A stretch of 59,404 nt of DNA from contig JAHLWZ010000885.1 in the NCBI GenBank assembly GCA_020536535.1, positions 1 to 59,404 of the forward strand, given 5' to 3'. Both the position numbers and the translations under genes were made by a program. Shown in pieces: positions 41,187-54,454 of the stretch. The notes under the pieces are model-generated. The model searched no databases. It was not told where the DNA came from and was given only the letters and a program-made list of their open reading frames with translations. The stretch is from Pelomyxa schiedti (lineage: Eukaryota > Protista > Evosea). Positions within the stretch are counted from its first letter, which is position 1; each line of letters starts with the position of its first letter.

Positions 41187-44100
41187 CTAATAAAACAAAG
41201 TTCTTTTCTGTTCAAAACATACGTCTCGCGAAAGCGCCAGGAGGAATGGTGAGAGACATTGGTTGTGTAGTAGTACCTGTGGCGCCGTGTGGTTGGAACA
41301 CATGGAACTTGTAGGTTCAGCTGGAGATACTGGAGCTGTGAGTCTTTCCTTGAAGAAATACAACAGTTGAGTCAACAGCCTTGTTGTGATACTATTACCC
41401 AGTGTTGTTGGGTTTTTGAGTTGCCGCTGAATGTAGTCTACCCAAATGTCCCGCGGTACGCATTTGGCAGAGGCTGTGGGGGTCAGAAAATCATTGGTCG
41501 CTCCGCCGGCGGCCACGAGTGCCTGTGATGCTGATACACATTGCTCCATAAACTCGGAAAGGGCCATAAACAGAGAACCACACAAGTTCAGTGTAGTATT
41601 ATTGACATTGACTGGAGAGCACACTGGACATGGAGAACCTGCTCCAACATGGAGCCTAGCCAGCATAAAATCTTTCAATATATTGCAAACGTGGTCCACG
41701 GCAACAATCCGTATTTTCTCATGAGGAGAAAATTGCGGGAAGCACGAGAGAGCCGCAACTCCCTTCACCAGTATAGTGAGCCAGTCGTTCCTGTTGAAAT
41801 CCCCGGTTTCAGAATTCCACCCCACAAATCCCAGTCTTACACAGAATATTTTCCCGCGCGAACATAGACTTTCAGTTGAAACCTGGCTTACAATCTTTTC
41901 TGCAACCCACTTGCTCTGAGTATAGCCATTTTTAGAACATATGTTGTCCAATGGAAGGAGCCCTTCACTGTTGGCCACTGATGCTGAGGATACATGTACC
42001 ATATCTGAGCAGGAAAGATCCCTTAAGTGGAGAGCTGAGCATGTGCCAATAACATTTCCTTTTCTGGTAAGAGTGAGAAAGTAGAAGATTCTTGGTGCAT
42101 TATTACCTCAGAGATGAGTAAGGCGCAATATGATTTACATCTGCAGCGATATGGTAAATAAATTTAGTCCGTGAAGCAAGTTGCACAAAATCTTCTTCTG
42201 ACAAACCAAAATTGTTCAATGTGCAATCACCTTGCACTACACAAATGTCGCCCTGCTCAATGGCACTATCAAATAGAGTTGTCCAAGAAGACTGAATTTG
42301 AACAGCTTGGCGGAGTTTGCACAGTCCTACTTCTTGTGAGGAGCATCTCACAAGGCAGGCAATTTTCATGTAATCTGGTTTGAATTTCACCAAGTACATA
42401 AGCAGATGTACACCAACAAATCCTGTGGCGCCAGTTATAAAAACCGTGTCAGGTTTCTCGGGATGAGTACAGCACACGTGCTTCCTGAAACAAACACCAA
42501 TCCCCAAGTCATTGGTAATCTGATTTTTTAGCTCTTGTGTGACGTTAGTATTCGCAACCAACATCCCTATGGAGAGTCCGGCGTCAAATAGTACACTGGG
42601 TGGTACTTGTATTCCAAGCTTTTCACTTAGGGAGGTTGTTAATTTCATAGCACTTAGAGAGTCCCCTCCATGTGATAAGAAGAAGCCTGTTCATTGTTAG
42701 GCCACAAGTATTTTGGTTTCTGGGAACCAGGGGTTCCAAGAGATTCCTTTGGAACAGATAGAACGGAGCTTATTATAGACTCTATTTCTGGTTGCAAGTC
42801 ACAAACGTTAGGTTTGACATCAGTTATAAAGCACTCTCTGATTCGACTTTGGTATTTAGCATCCAGTGATGGCCTGTTTTTCTTCTGAATTACCGTAAGA
42901 AGCCCTAGAATAGAACATTTAAAGTAAAGCTGAAATATCTGTTAGAAACCGCTTTCAATTGTCCATGAAATGGGTTCCAAGAGCAGCAGAGCAGGAACTT
43001 CAAAGGGACGCAAGTGTAAACGCTTTCCCGTTTCTACAAGATGAGACATGACCTGTTTGTAGAGTTGTGCTTAGGTGAAGTCTCTGTGAGCTTGGATGTT
43101 ACTGTTTTGTGAGCTAAAGGTGACTGGACAAGAAGAGTCCAAGGAGTGGTGCTATCCTTTAAGGTCCGGCGTAATTGAGTTTCGTTGGGCACAACAATAG
43201 CTATCTATTACTTATCAGGTTTTGTTTGGGGAGTTGTAAGGCCTACTACTGCATGCTGGTGAAACTGTGTAACATTTTCGCAAGTTATGAATATCTGTTG
43301 TACAAGAGGGCACTCAGAATAAGCCTCTTCTACGGATTGGGGTGCAATAAACTCTCCCTGTAAGAGGCAAGTTCAATTGGTGAGGGACAATACTGTCACA
43401 CCCCCAATTACTTGAGATAATTTGAAGATAAACTTTTTGCGGTCCACAATCCTTATTCTTGATGGTTCAACTACTTCCACAATGTCCCCTTCAGAGTGTC
43501 AACACTGAAAAAAGCCTTCTCTTTTTCACCTGTGTGGAAGAAACCCTCACTATCAAAGGCAAATGCCGTTTCTGTGGGATTATTGTAGTACTCAGTTGCC
43601 ATAATAGGTGTTTTTACACAAATCTCCCCTCTTGGATAGGGTTTATCTGTGGCAAAATAATTCATCTCAGGCCAGTCAATGATCTGCTGAAGGTAATTAA
43701 AACAGAACTTCTGGGGCACAAGTCACCTTCCACAGATTATCTTTATTTATTTGGCCATCAATTAAAGCAATTGTTCCTGTCTCAGTGCAACCAAAACTTT
43801 CAGAAGCAACTATCGTTCAATTAATTTCCTTTCGCAAATGAATAAGGAATTACCATTTGACCCAAAGCATTCTTTTAGAAAGGAAAGAAGATTAGGACTT
43901 ACAGCAGCCCCTCCTATAGAAATACTTTTAAGACGTTTTCCCATATAAGTTTTTATCCTTGCCAATAGCTGTTGGTTTGAGAAAGACTAGAAAACACAGG
44001 TATTTAACCTTTTGTCGCTCCACTTCAACTAAGGAGGGATGAAAAAAAGGGTCACTAGCTTGCATTTCTGACATTAATTGCTGTAGCTCTGCCCTGTACT

Positions 44101-45323
44101 GTACAAACAAGACTTCGTAAAATCTTACAAATGTGAGGGCCAGATAAATTGACAATTATCTTAGAATCAACCGTGGGGTTGCTATCATATAAGTAGGACC
44201 CAAGACACGTAAATAATCATAAAGCAAGTCAATCTTATCAACGAGGCCAACCCTTCCTCCACTGCATATTGTTCGGTAGAAGAATTTTCTGTCACCACTG
44301 TTCACAAGGGAGGCTGTAAAATTTTTAAAAATCCATAAGATAGTGTGGAGAAAAGTTACCAAAGAGTGCCTCCACATGGGGATCAAAAGAAAACATTCCA
44401 TGTTGCACTACCCAAAGAAGTGATTTCTCGTAAAATGGTACACCTTTAGGAGACCCAGTACTGCCACTATTCAAAGGTGTGTGCTTTTTTACAGTGAAAA
44501 ATGACAGACCTTGTATAAATAATAGACACAATGTCCCCGGGCCGACGGTGGACAGGGAAGAAGTCAAATTTCGAAGCAGCAATTTCCTCGAGGTGATCGA
44601 CATCCACTACATACTTGAGTCTTTGACATGGAGTTGGAGTATCAATTTCAGTTGAAGACAGTGACATTAGTGGGGAGAATTCAGGTATTCTCTCAGTGTC
44701 ACAAAAAAGGAGCGTTGCACCACACTGAGCGAGAACAGTGCTCACAAATGTATAAGAGGCATGCGGATTGATAGTGACAGTGGTAAAACCCGAGATGCAA
44801 CAAGCAAGATCCAGAGATAGCCACTCTAGACTGTTCTTTGCACATATGGCAACAACTAACTGGGAAACGCCATTTGTGTTCATGTCAGACCCCCTTGTTG
44901 CAGTGATTTCAGCATCAAGGGTTCTCAGCCTCCCAACAAATTGCAGTGACAATTCCTTCACTTGAGCATAAGTTTCCCACATGAACCCAAGTGGAGTATC
45001 AGCCCTTCGTTCTGTCACTCTTCCAACACAAGGCTGGTTGCCATATTCACAAAATGCAGTCCACACACAGTCAGCCAAAGTACAACACGAAACAACACGT
45101 TGGCGCTTTGCTTGAATTGGCTCCCTACAAATATACGTCGGGTGGTCGCAATGCTCTCCCTTGCAAAAGCACGCCTATAACTCATCAGAGAAAAGGGGAA
45201 AAAAAAAAACCACCGACGTGAAAAGAAAAAGACCTCACAAATATCGTAGTCCTCACACTCACAGCAGTGCCGGAAAGGCGACCCAACGCACGTACCACCG
45301 CACACGTTGCACACTCCTTTCAT
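41187..45323 (-). CDS. NRPS-like carboxylic acid reductase (A-T-R) with an N-terminal ZZ zinc finger
   Basis: ZZ: CNVC..HCCECEDYDICE|ACF..H..H. A domain: IIYTSGSTGSPKGV, PYPRGEICVKT, GFFHTGD, IVDRKKFIFKLSQGEFIAP. T domain: FLSHGGDSLSA. R domain: VFITGATGFVG, IYHIAADVN, GYTQSKW. Confidence 0.9.
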
Positions 45324-45330
45324 CTTTTTT

Positions 45331-45389
45331 TTGAAACTGTGATTTCAACGGCCGCGGAAAATACCGATCAAAATCTAAAACGGTATTTT
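45331..45389. promoter_or_regulatory. Two inverted repeats upstream of the ZZ-CAR start codon
   Basis: TTGAAA-N6-TTTCAA (45331-45348) and AAAATACCG-N14-CGGTATTTT (45358-45389) in a 78-bp intergenic gap. Function is inferred only. Confidence 0.3.
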
Positions 45390-45401
45390 TAAAACCGTAT
45401 C

Positions 45402-47622
45402 TCAAAAGGCGTGAGATTTGAGGGTGTCAATGAGGTCCGAGGGTATTGTTTCTGCCCAGTCGGTGCCGGTTGACAGGATTCCCATAATTCGCATCATTCT
45501 GACTGCCGGTTCGCCCAGGCACTCAACGGAGACCATCGAGCAAAGTAGGTCACTGGCTCCATGTGCGTTGGATGCCATCTCTTGCACTTGGGAATATGTC
45601 TCTTCATCATTCACTATGACGTGGTAAGAAACAACTTGCTTCCCTCTCTGCTTTGATCTCCCGAGGCTGAAGAAGTGGTGGCACTTGGCTTCAGGTGGTA
45701 GAGTCATCTTTTTTTTTTTTTGGTGTTGTGACTAGGGTGTGAAAGGGAGGGATAAAGAATCAAGTGAACACCTGTGCATTGCATGGTGAGAAACTACTGC
45801 TGTGTATGGTAACAAGCCTGGGAGATACGGCATTAAATTCTATTCCTGCCGTTTTGGGATCGGAGTGTGGCAGGTGGGCTGGCGTGACATTCTGGGTACA
45901 GAAAATCCCCATTTCGACTTCTTCTTGTATTTCAAGGTTCTCAAATTTCTGGTCTGAATAAAGCCAGAAGTGATACATCATATTAATCTATATGGAATCC
46001 AAAAACAAATCAGTCCGACAGTGTTTTACTCCTAAAAGGAAAGAGTACCTCATTGAATGAATCGCAGCTGAAATGTTGGCAGGGTCCTATTGGGGGTCTC
46101 CTGTGTACCATTGCATATATAGGAGTACTTGATGCAAGTGTCATATCTACATTTTCTATCAATTCTGGCGGGAAAGCCCCTCGGTCCATAGGAGTAAGTG
46201 GAGCCTGCACTTGAAATTTAGGTACCAAAAATCATGGTAAGCGGACCATACACACAACAGAACGATGGGTTCAGATGGCCAGTAGTCCTCGCCGTAGGTA
46301 CCAACAAGTGGTACGCAAGGAAACCCAAAGACATCAAATAATTCCACAGGAAGTGGATCATGCCCACAATGGATATTCATTTCCACGAATTTCAGAGACG
46401 CAGACACACCTGCTTGCACGGGATTAACCTGTTTTTGTAGAATCTCCTCTTGTTCCTTGGGTAGAGGCACAGTTTGTTCTTGTGGGTGCCCTGTGAATAA
46501 CGTTTCCTTTTCGAGGATTTTATCATTGCTGGGTGCGGATTCAATACTAGTGCTAATTTGAGTGTTGACATGGTGATCTTCTTGTACTGGGGGTATTTCA
46601 GATATGAAGTCTGGGGTGTGAGAAATGTGAAGTTCTGGTTCTAAAGTAGGTTCTTGAGAGACTGCTGCCTCTTCCCTCCCATGTTCATTGTTCCTTTCCA
46701 TGTGACTCTGTTCTGCTTCTCGGGTCAAAGACTCAACTTCGTGTGTAGTATGGACAGCGAAGTGTGGCGAAACTTTCGGTTCATCAAAATATGACGGAAT
46801 TGCATGAGGTGACCTTTTCCGCAGGAGGTTTTTGGCAAACAGCAACAGTCCTATTGTTGTGCGCAAGCCGTAAATAGCCACCTGAAGAGAAACCAAGAGT
46901 CCAAGTAGTGGTAAAAAGCACACAGCGGACACCAAACTGTTGGGCCAATGGACTGACCTCCAAATCGAAATGGTAGCTTCCGATTCCGCATCGCCGTCCT
47001 CTTCCTCGTTCTTTTGAATTCCCTGCAATCGACGCCGAATCCTGCCGAGAGGAGGAGCAGGAGGAGGAACTTGCAGTTCTGCCAAAGTCCCCCCCTCGGT
47101 GTTAGTGCAGGTCGCTGTGCTTCCGCTCGCCCGCGCGAATCTGGGAGGGGCGAACTGCGGCGGGTCGACGTAGGGCCGACTGGGCATTTGCCTCTCGGGC
47201 CGTCTGCTGCTGGCCGCGGCTGCAGAAGCTCCGCTCATGGGAGATTCTCCGGGACTCGCCTGGCTGGCTGTTGCGGACGGCCTTGGGGGTTTTTGATCAG
47301 GCGCAGGAGCAACTATGGGTGCTTCTGGACACTGGGTGTCGGGTTTCGAGGCGACAAGTTGGTCGCCGCCGTTGTGCCCAGTGCCAACTACTTCGAAGGC
47401 GGTCCCTGTGGGTGGAAATTTTCCCACAATTGCAGCATCGTGGGCCGCACCTGCACTCGTAGATGTGTGGTCCCCAGTGATCCTGCTTGCAGCGGGTGTC
47501 AAGACAGCGACCCTCGCTGCACTGCTAAGCCTAGAATTGCACAAAGAGCAAAAACATGCCTGAAACGCTCTCTCTTGTGTGCCAACAACCACCGAATTGC
47601 GCCCCGATACTACAAGCAACAT
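45402..47622 (-). CDS. Hypothetical protein with one hydrophobic segment and a globular C-terminal region
   Basis: 487-codon ORF plus three downstream exons joined by GT-AG introns. TM-like LVSAVCFLPLLGLLVSLQVAIYGL. The true start may be the ATG at 47238. Confidence 0.6.
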
Positions 47623-47649
47623 AACAAGTCAATAGAAACTGATCAGAGA

Positions 47650-48405
47650 ATGAGCGTTGGAGTCCCACCTGAGGGTGCAAAACGCACTCAAGGATTCCCA
47701 CTGAAGGGAGGTGGTTTTCCAAACTGATCAAGAGTTTTTCTTGAGATCGATATCCTCTTTGTTTTTGAACCCAGAGGCCGGAGGTGATGTGCACGAAAAC
47801 ATACCCTGACCCCATCGGGCGAACCACCAAGGGAGAGGACATTGTGGGACTGTCGATGTGGTCCGCCGGCCGAGTCATGTTCAAGTCGAGATCAGGCGAA
47901 TTCGCTCCCACGAGGCAGGATTTTGACAGCGCGAAGAAGACGAACCCGGTCGCGTTGGTTTGTGCATCAAAGCAAGGGGATGTGTGAAAAGCTTATTCAT
48001 TTTTCAACAAGCTAACGATTCAAAAAAAAAAGGGGGGGGCTGACCAGAAGAGGTTTGTAACTGGGTTTTTCAGTGTCTTCCTAACCCAGATGGGCATAAA
48101 TGGTCAATTGTTCCCGTGATGGTTTGGCTGGTCTCAGAGCTGTTGGTGTTCTATTCAACTCTGTGGTTGGTCAATCCTTCCATGTGCTTTGTATGCTTGT
48201 GCCCAGTGTGACTCCCGATCGGAAAATTACTCCGCAATCTCTTACGGTAACTGAAGACACACTACTCCTACTCACAGGAGGCATTGTAATGCTTGGGACC
48301 AACTGTATCGACAGCTTCTCGTTTGTGGAGTTTGCATGTCTCAGTTCCCTCTGCCGGGTATTCATTCCATCGGTTGGCACTGCACCACAAATTTTGTTCA
48401 AATAA
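47650..48405 (+). CDS. Putative small gene containing the duplicated segment as an exon
   Basis: Copy B is bounded by a pyrimidine tract plus CAG at 47774 and GTTTGT at 47958. Flanking exons (ATG near 47650; ORF 48100..48405) are uncertain. Confidence 0.35.
47775..47956. repeat. 182-bp inverted duplication, copy B
   Basis: Encodes RPEVMCTKTYPDPIGRTTKGEDIVGLSMWSAGRVMFKSR...TNPVAL, nearly identical to copy A. Confidence 0.95.
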
Positions 48406-48434
48406 AGTCACAATCCAAAGTTTTTTCCTTTTGG

Positions 48435-51400
48435 CTATGATTCAGTGAGAGAAATACACCAGAGGTGGTTATCACGAGACCCAAAAGCTAGCCTGCTGCC
48501 CACAACAACGGGGCTGCTGAAGACAGGCACCTCCGCGTGTACTTCACCCTGGCTCTGTCCCATAACTCTGCTTTTGCTTAGGTGTGCGACCCGGCTCTTC
48601 CAGGCTGGTGGTTGAACCACTTCCTCACAATCCCATGGGCCAGGTGTGCCGGTCAGGGTGCACACATCACCACCACTGCTCACACAAAGTGCTGTTACTT
48701 CTATTGTTGTAGATGCTGCTGATGTATTTGTGGTAGTAGTTGTTTGTGTTTCTGCTGAACTTGTTTGGGGTGTTTTGATCCAGAGGGGGGAGCCAAACAC
48801 GACGCCTGCCAGTTTGTCTGATATGGCTATGTTCTTGCCGGTGGTGCCGTGGATTATATACATTCTCCCGTCGTGGGCTCCAAAGGCCACCAACTGCATC
48901 AGTACACTGGGTGAAGAGAATACCGGTGATCCACAGTTGAACTCCCACAGCCTCCCACCACTTTGCATGTCCAGTCCACACACAGCTCCAGTGCAACACC
49001 CCACAACGAGAATTGCATTGCCGCCATTTCCAGATACAAGGCCCGGTGTGCTGAATACGGCGGAATTGAGGTTTTCTTGCCATAGTGTAATCAGAGGTGA
49101 CTTGGCCCTCATGCTGTGCTGATCGGGGAGTACGGCCTGTATGTTGGAGTGGCACTGATATGCATACAAATGTCCAGCTGTTGTGACAATAGCAATGATA
49201 CCCGTAGTGGGATCCTCTGTTGGGGTACAATAAACTGGTGCCCGGACATCAGTTTTCAGTAAATCGGCCAGTTGGCTGTCACTGGAGCCGCTCAGCTCAC
49301 GTGTGGCAACAGTGTAAATGTTTTTATCATAGGAACCAAACCACAGTGTGCCACTTCGAACACAAATATGTGCAGTACATTTGATTTCTGCACCTGTTTG
49401 AATTTTGCGGATAACGGCACCTGTCCTTGAATTGAGTATATACATGTAGGAGTCATAGGACCCTAGGCAGATGTTAAAAGGAAAGAAAAATGTACACAAA
49501 TATACCTATCAATAGGGTGTCACCAGTTTGTGTAGGAACACAGCTACTTTCAATACGGCCTCCCAGCTTGGTAGCCCATAATGTTGAGGATGTCTTTGTC
49601 AAGTATTAGTGCTAACTTGACTGTAAAGTTACATACGTTCAAGTCTATTGCATAGACATGATGATCATGTGAACCGACATACGTAATTCTAGACAACGTA
49701 ACTGCGAATCTTAAACTGGGAGAGCATACAAACGAAGAAGAGATTCGGGATTACTGCTAGACCAAGCCATTACAAGTGGGCTATTTATATTTATTGATAT
49801 CAGTGTATAAAGGTACAAGAATGACAAGAAAAATACCTGGAATCCACACATTCGCGAAGAAATTTCCGCCATTCAATCTGTAGAGTTAAGTCATGTGACC
49901 GGCATGCTTTGCCTTGCCCATGGACAAGATGAATGCATGAAAGTTCGTATGACCATTCAGTTATTTGGCAGATATGACAGCTCCATTTGTTTTTGTGGTG
50001 AGACCATCTTGGATGAAAGTCTGCAGAGAGTAAATCCATAGCCGGTCGATCGTCTGTGCTTGCAGTTAATGTGTTAACAGAGTCAGACTTGGAGCTGGTG
50101 AGCCATTTGAGAAGGAGGTCAACTGATGTCTTTAAACGGTTATGAAGCAAACAGTTGACTAGTCTAGTATTCATGAAACAAGGTTTGGAAGCACAGCGGG
50201 ATATACATAGCATTCCTATCTTCTTCAGCAGTGTCGTTGAAAATTACTGCAATAATGATCAGAATAAGGGAATACATGGGTGGTAGGTACATAAGTGTTC
50301 AAGTAGCCTCTCTACAAGGTGCACGCAATCCAAGGAAGAACCCCCATAGCTCAGCAGAAACACATTTTCTTGATCAGAAAGAGGAAAGTCTGGAAAAGCT
50401 CAAAACTGTGGTCAAAAAAAAAAAAAAAGGTAACTACCTGGGGCTACAGATTTACCCAAAAATAAGACAAACCACATTTCCAAGATGAAATTAGTCAGTG
50501 TCGCTGAGGTCCATAATAGTCCTGGAGAAAGGACTCGAGAATTCAACGGTAAAATGACTTGTTTGCAATTTGACTTGGTAATGGCAGGCACATTTACCTG
50601 GCACCTTTATTGAGATTGAAATTTACTGTAGTTTGGCATAAATACCTTTCCGTTTGGAGTGACTGGAATGTCCTGCGAGGAGCTAAACATGTAAATTTTT
50701 GAAGGTTGCATGTGGGATGGTAACGATCTTTGTATATGCACAGTGAGGCCTTCTTTGAATTAGTAATAGAAATCTTGAGAGGGATACAAAACTTGGAATG
50801 TCGATATTCTCTCTTGGCAGGATAGCAGCTTGCAATCCTTTGTCGTTGTCTTCTTCAACTGGGAATACCCTAATAATAATCATGAAACTTGACTGTCGAT
50901 ATTTGATATACAACTACCAAGCGACTTCCACTGAAGGATGCTTCATGAGACAAGATTCCACTTCCTCTGGTTGTACCCTCTTTGCGCGGATCTTGACCAT
51001 TCTACCAAGTCTGCCTGTGAATGAATAGAACTTCTGACCCAAGACAGAATTGACTGAGAATAGGTCCCCAGTTGGCCTCTGAAATGTAGATGTGTTCTCA
51101 AAGTTACTGCACGAAAAATGGGATATTAGGTGGCCATGACCCTCCCAAAGAATGGGGAAAGCTTACTGAGAGCTTAACTGTGACACTGTGAAGCAATGTC
51201 TGCCCCCAACGAACATCTGTCCGATGCCGTTGTCGATGAGTGCACCAGAAGTATCACGAATGAAAAGACTTGTTTCTCTGAAAGCCTTGGAGACGGGAAC
51301 AGGATCGGACGTAAGTGTATCCACAGAAATTGGAGGCAAAAGGTGATAGGCAGACCACTGGGTGCGATTAGCTGAAAACAGAGCAGGAGAATGGATCAAC

Positions 51401-53022
51401 AATGGATTGTTCTGTGAGACCATAAAGTTGAATGATCTGAATGTTACATATGTCCTCTCCCTGGAAAGGGAAATCAACACAGTGGTGAGGAAAAGTAGGT
51501 GATAGAATAGGATACATACAAATAGTTGGAACAGCTCGGTTGTGGGTGGAGATGGTTCCCCTCCGAGCGCAAGCAAACGGAAAAACTTGTTTGCGAGAAG
51601 TGTATGCAGATGGAGGGAGCCCAGCCTCCTGAGGAATGTGGGAGTGCCTGTAGTTAGTTTTCCTTCAGGAATGCGCAGTAATTTTGGAGTTACATTGAAG
51701 AACGGAAACTTTGGTTTCTAACATAACGGAAAGCAGGAGGTCTGGGGCTAATCTGATATATTCTGGCACAATCACTAATGAACAGTTTCTTGCCTACAAA
51801 CAAGAGGGTTGAGGATCAAGCACTCAAGAAGTGAAACACACATAAGTGCCGAAGATATCCACAATACTGGGATCGAACGTAATGGGAGAAGAAAGCTATG
51901 ATTCTCACTCAGCAAGGTGTCACATGGTCGAATAGTTTGATAATTACCAGAACAACATCTGTTGAGACAAGTTGGAAGATCTCTGCTATCGATTTGATAT
52001 TCGGCACACAGCAGCTGTAGCAAAGTTTCAATCTTCAAAAAGGAGAGAAGCGGGAAGTGCCTGTGAGGAACAAAGATAGCTTCCGGTTTTCCTTAAAGAG
52101 AATTAGCACCGTATTGGGGAGGAACTTGAATGAATAACCTGTAGTGCCAGATGTAGACATCACATAAGCAATATCACCGAGTATCGGCTGCAAGTTGGCT
52201 CTTAACACTTCGAACTCAGTATTCCTTGTCCTAATAAGCTTTACTGAGACTTGAACACTCTAGTAGCTTCTGACCTTGGCTCCAGTGGAGCAATGGGCTG
52301 CAGTGAAGGAGAGGAGGTCGAGTGTGAACGAGTAGTTTTTATCTCTCCCGCACTGCCGATAGACACAACAAAAAATGCATCACATTGCCTAGAGTGACAC
52401 AGAGACTCAATTTCACTGTCCAGGGATTCATGGCATATACAACCACCTGCAGGAATTGAGGCGAAAAAGGTTTCAGTCCACTTGTGAGGCTGTCGAGGAT
52501 CCAAAGGAACAAATGATGCACCGCTTCTCAAAATGCTGAAATGGTGTTAAGATGAAACGAAAATATCTCTAGAAAACCTAAGGATAGCTACAATCAAAGC
52601 AGCAGATGGCTCAAACATAACAAAAACGGGAAGTTTATCCCCATTCAAAACTGCAATCACTTTGGATACTTTCTCCACCTGATATTATCAATTAGGTTTA
52701 AAAAAACCTCCCCCAAAATGCAATTGCAGCGCACCAACGACATTACACGTGAATGCGACCACGCGACATAAACCCCCGGAGAGGTAACTTCGACAATCTT
52801 CGTCCCACAATCCCCATCGCCTCCCCCCTCATCTTCCCTTGTTAGTTGGTTGCCGCCAAGTTGTTGCTGATCACCACGAGAGCAAGCAGAGGCGTCAGCA
52901 TCATTATGGGGCGGAACCACTACAGACACCCTCCTTCTCTTGGTGGAACTGTGGTGCCTCTGCGTCACGTCCCCCTCCGTCTCAGAACCCGGCACAACCC
53001 ACACAAAGTCGCCGAGCATCAT
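48435..53022 (-). CDS. AASDH: AASDH/ACSF4-like beta-alanine-activating enzyme (adenylation - carrier - PQQ beta-propeller)
   Basis: ASFVPLDP, IAYVMSTSGTTGKP, LALGGE, YGLTE, PTGDL, GRLGRMVKIRAKRV. Carrier motif FLLSYGGSSLD near 50330-50360. PQQ repeats CVDSSP, YVGSHDH, LGGRIESS, VFSSP. Confidence 0.88.
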
Positions 53023-53157
53023 TACATCAAACAAGTCAACACAGCCGAAAATTCGGTGATTCCTCAAAACATCCGGTCGTAAAACATCGAAGTTCTGGGG
53101 GGGAACGTTCTGTCACGTCATCCTATTTACGTTGTTGTCGTTGAAAGGACTACCGCC

Positions 53158-54299
53158 ATGGCAGCAGTGCACGAGGACGAGGACAGCGAGGGCGGGGGGG
53201 AGGAGGGGGTGCTGACGCCAGAGGGCCTGGCTGACGACTACTCTGATGTGATGGACGATTCCTTCGCCGTACTGAAGCGTGATATCCTGGGCGACTACGA
53301 GCCACTCCCCGGCGACGAGCACCCACCCTCCCTAGACGACCCCGCAGAGGCACGGGCCGACGACGGCGAGGGCGAGGGAGAAGGGGAGGCAGAGGGCAAG
53401 GAAGGCGAGGGAGATGCAGAGGGAGAAGGAGAGGGCAAGGAGGGGGAGGAGGGGGGGGACGAAGAAGGGGATGAGGGGGACGGAGATGGGGAGGAGGGAG
53501 ACGACGGGGAGTCGGCGGCGGCCCCTGTGACTACGCAGTGGGAGGAGTTTAGTAATAAGGGGGGAGTGTGCGTGAAGAAGGGGTGGAAGTCGGATAACGA
53601 GGTGGCGCCTATCTTCAAGGCAGTCGGGATTATCCCGAATTGCACACCTGAGGATGTTCTTCACAAAGTTATTCTAAACCCTGATGATGCTGCTGTGAAG
53701 GTATTCCCTCCTTTCTTTTTTTTTTTTTTTTTACCTCGGTCATTTTATACTATCGTATATGCCAACCTTTTCCTAGGTATGGAACCCAACACATGGCGGA
53801 AATGTAGTTATTTGTGAGACGGACCGGGATGATTTGAGACATGTAAGACTCTTTATTAATAAGCAAGATGGTGGCGTAGGTGGGCTAGTGAGTCCCCGGT
53901 ACAGGATTTCTTCATTTATTCTCTTCACTGCAGTGTAACTTTACAAAAGAGACTTTGGCCAACTCAGTGCCTGGGAGAAAGATTCCAATGGTCGTATCTG
54001 GTACTTTTCTACCTCAGTGGATGATGATTCCGTAAATGAGCCGCTACCTGGATACACAAGGGGCACATTGTGGCCATCCGGATTCATGCTTGAACCTGTG
54101 CCCAACGCGAATGCTACCAGAGTTCACTATACAATGCATGCGGATCTGGCTGGCTCTTTGCCTAGGTTCATTATAGACTTGGTATATTCCTCCTCCTTAA
54201 ACATCAAACTTATGCAACGGAATCCACCCACAGGCAATCCCACCTCAAATGTGTAATTTCTTTGAAGGGGCAGCACTAGTAGTAAGCAAAAAATCCTGA
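53158..54299 (+). CDS. START-domain lipid-binding protein with an acidic N-terminus
   Basis: WEEFSNKGGVCV, IFKAVGII, VSPRDF, GYTRGTLWPSGFMLEP, TRVHYTMHADLAGSLPRFII. Stop TGA at 54297-54299. Confidence 0.88.
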
Positions 54300-54454
54300 T
54301 TGTCTTAACCTTATTAGTCGCCAAAAAAAAAAAAAAAAATACATCGGTTATGTTGGGAACTCTACCACAGACATACCCAACACAACCAACAATACCCTTG
54401 TTATCATACCACCTTTTCCCACAATTTCCCATCACTTTTCACATAAACCCCAAA

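Noticed and set aside
40807-47956. Inverted repeats as transposon TIRs
   Set aside because: The repeats are coding sequence, and no transposase or target-site duplication was seen.
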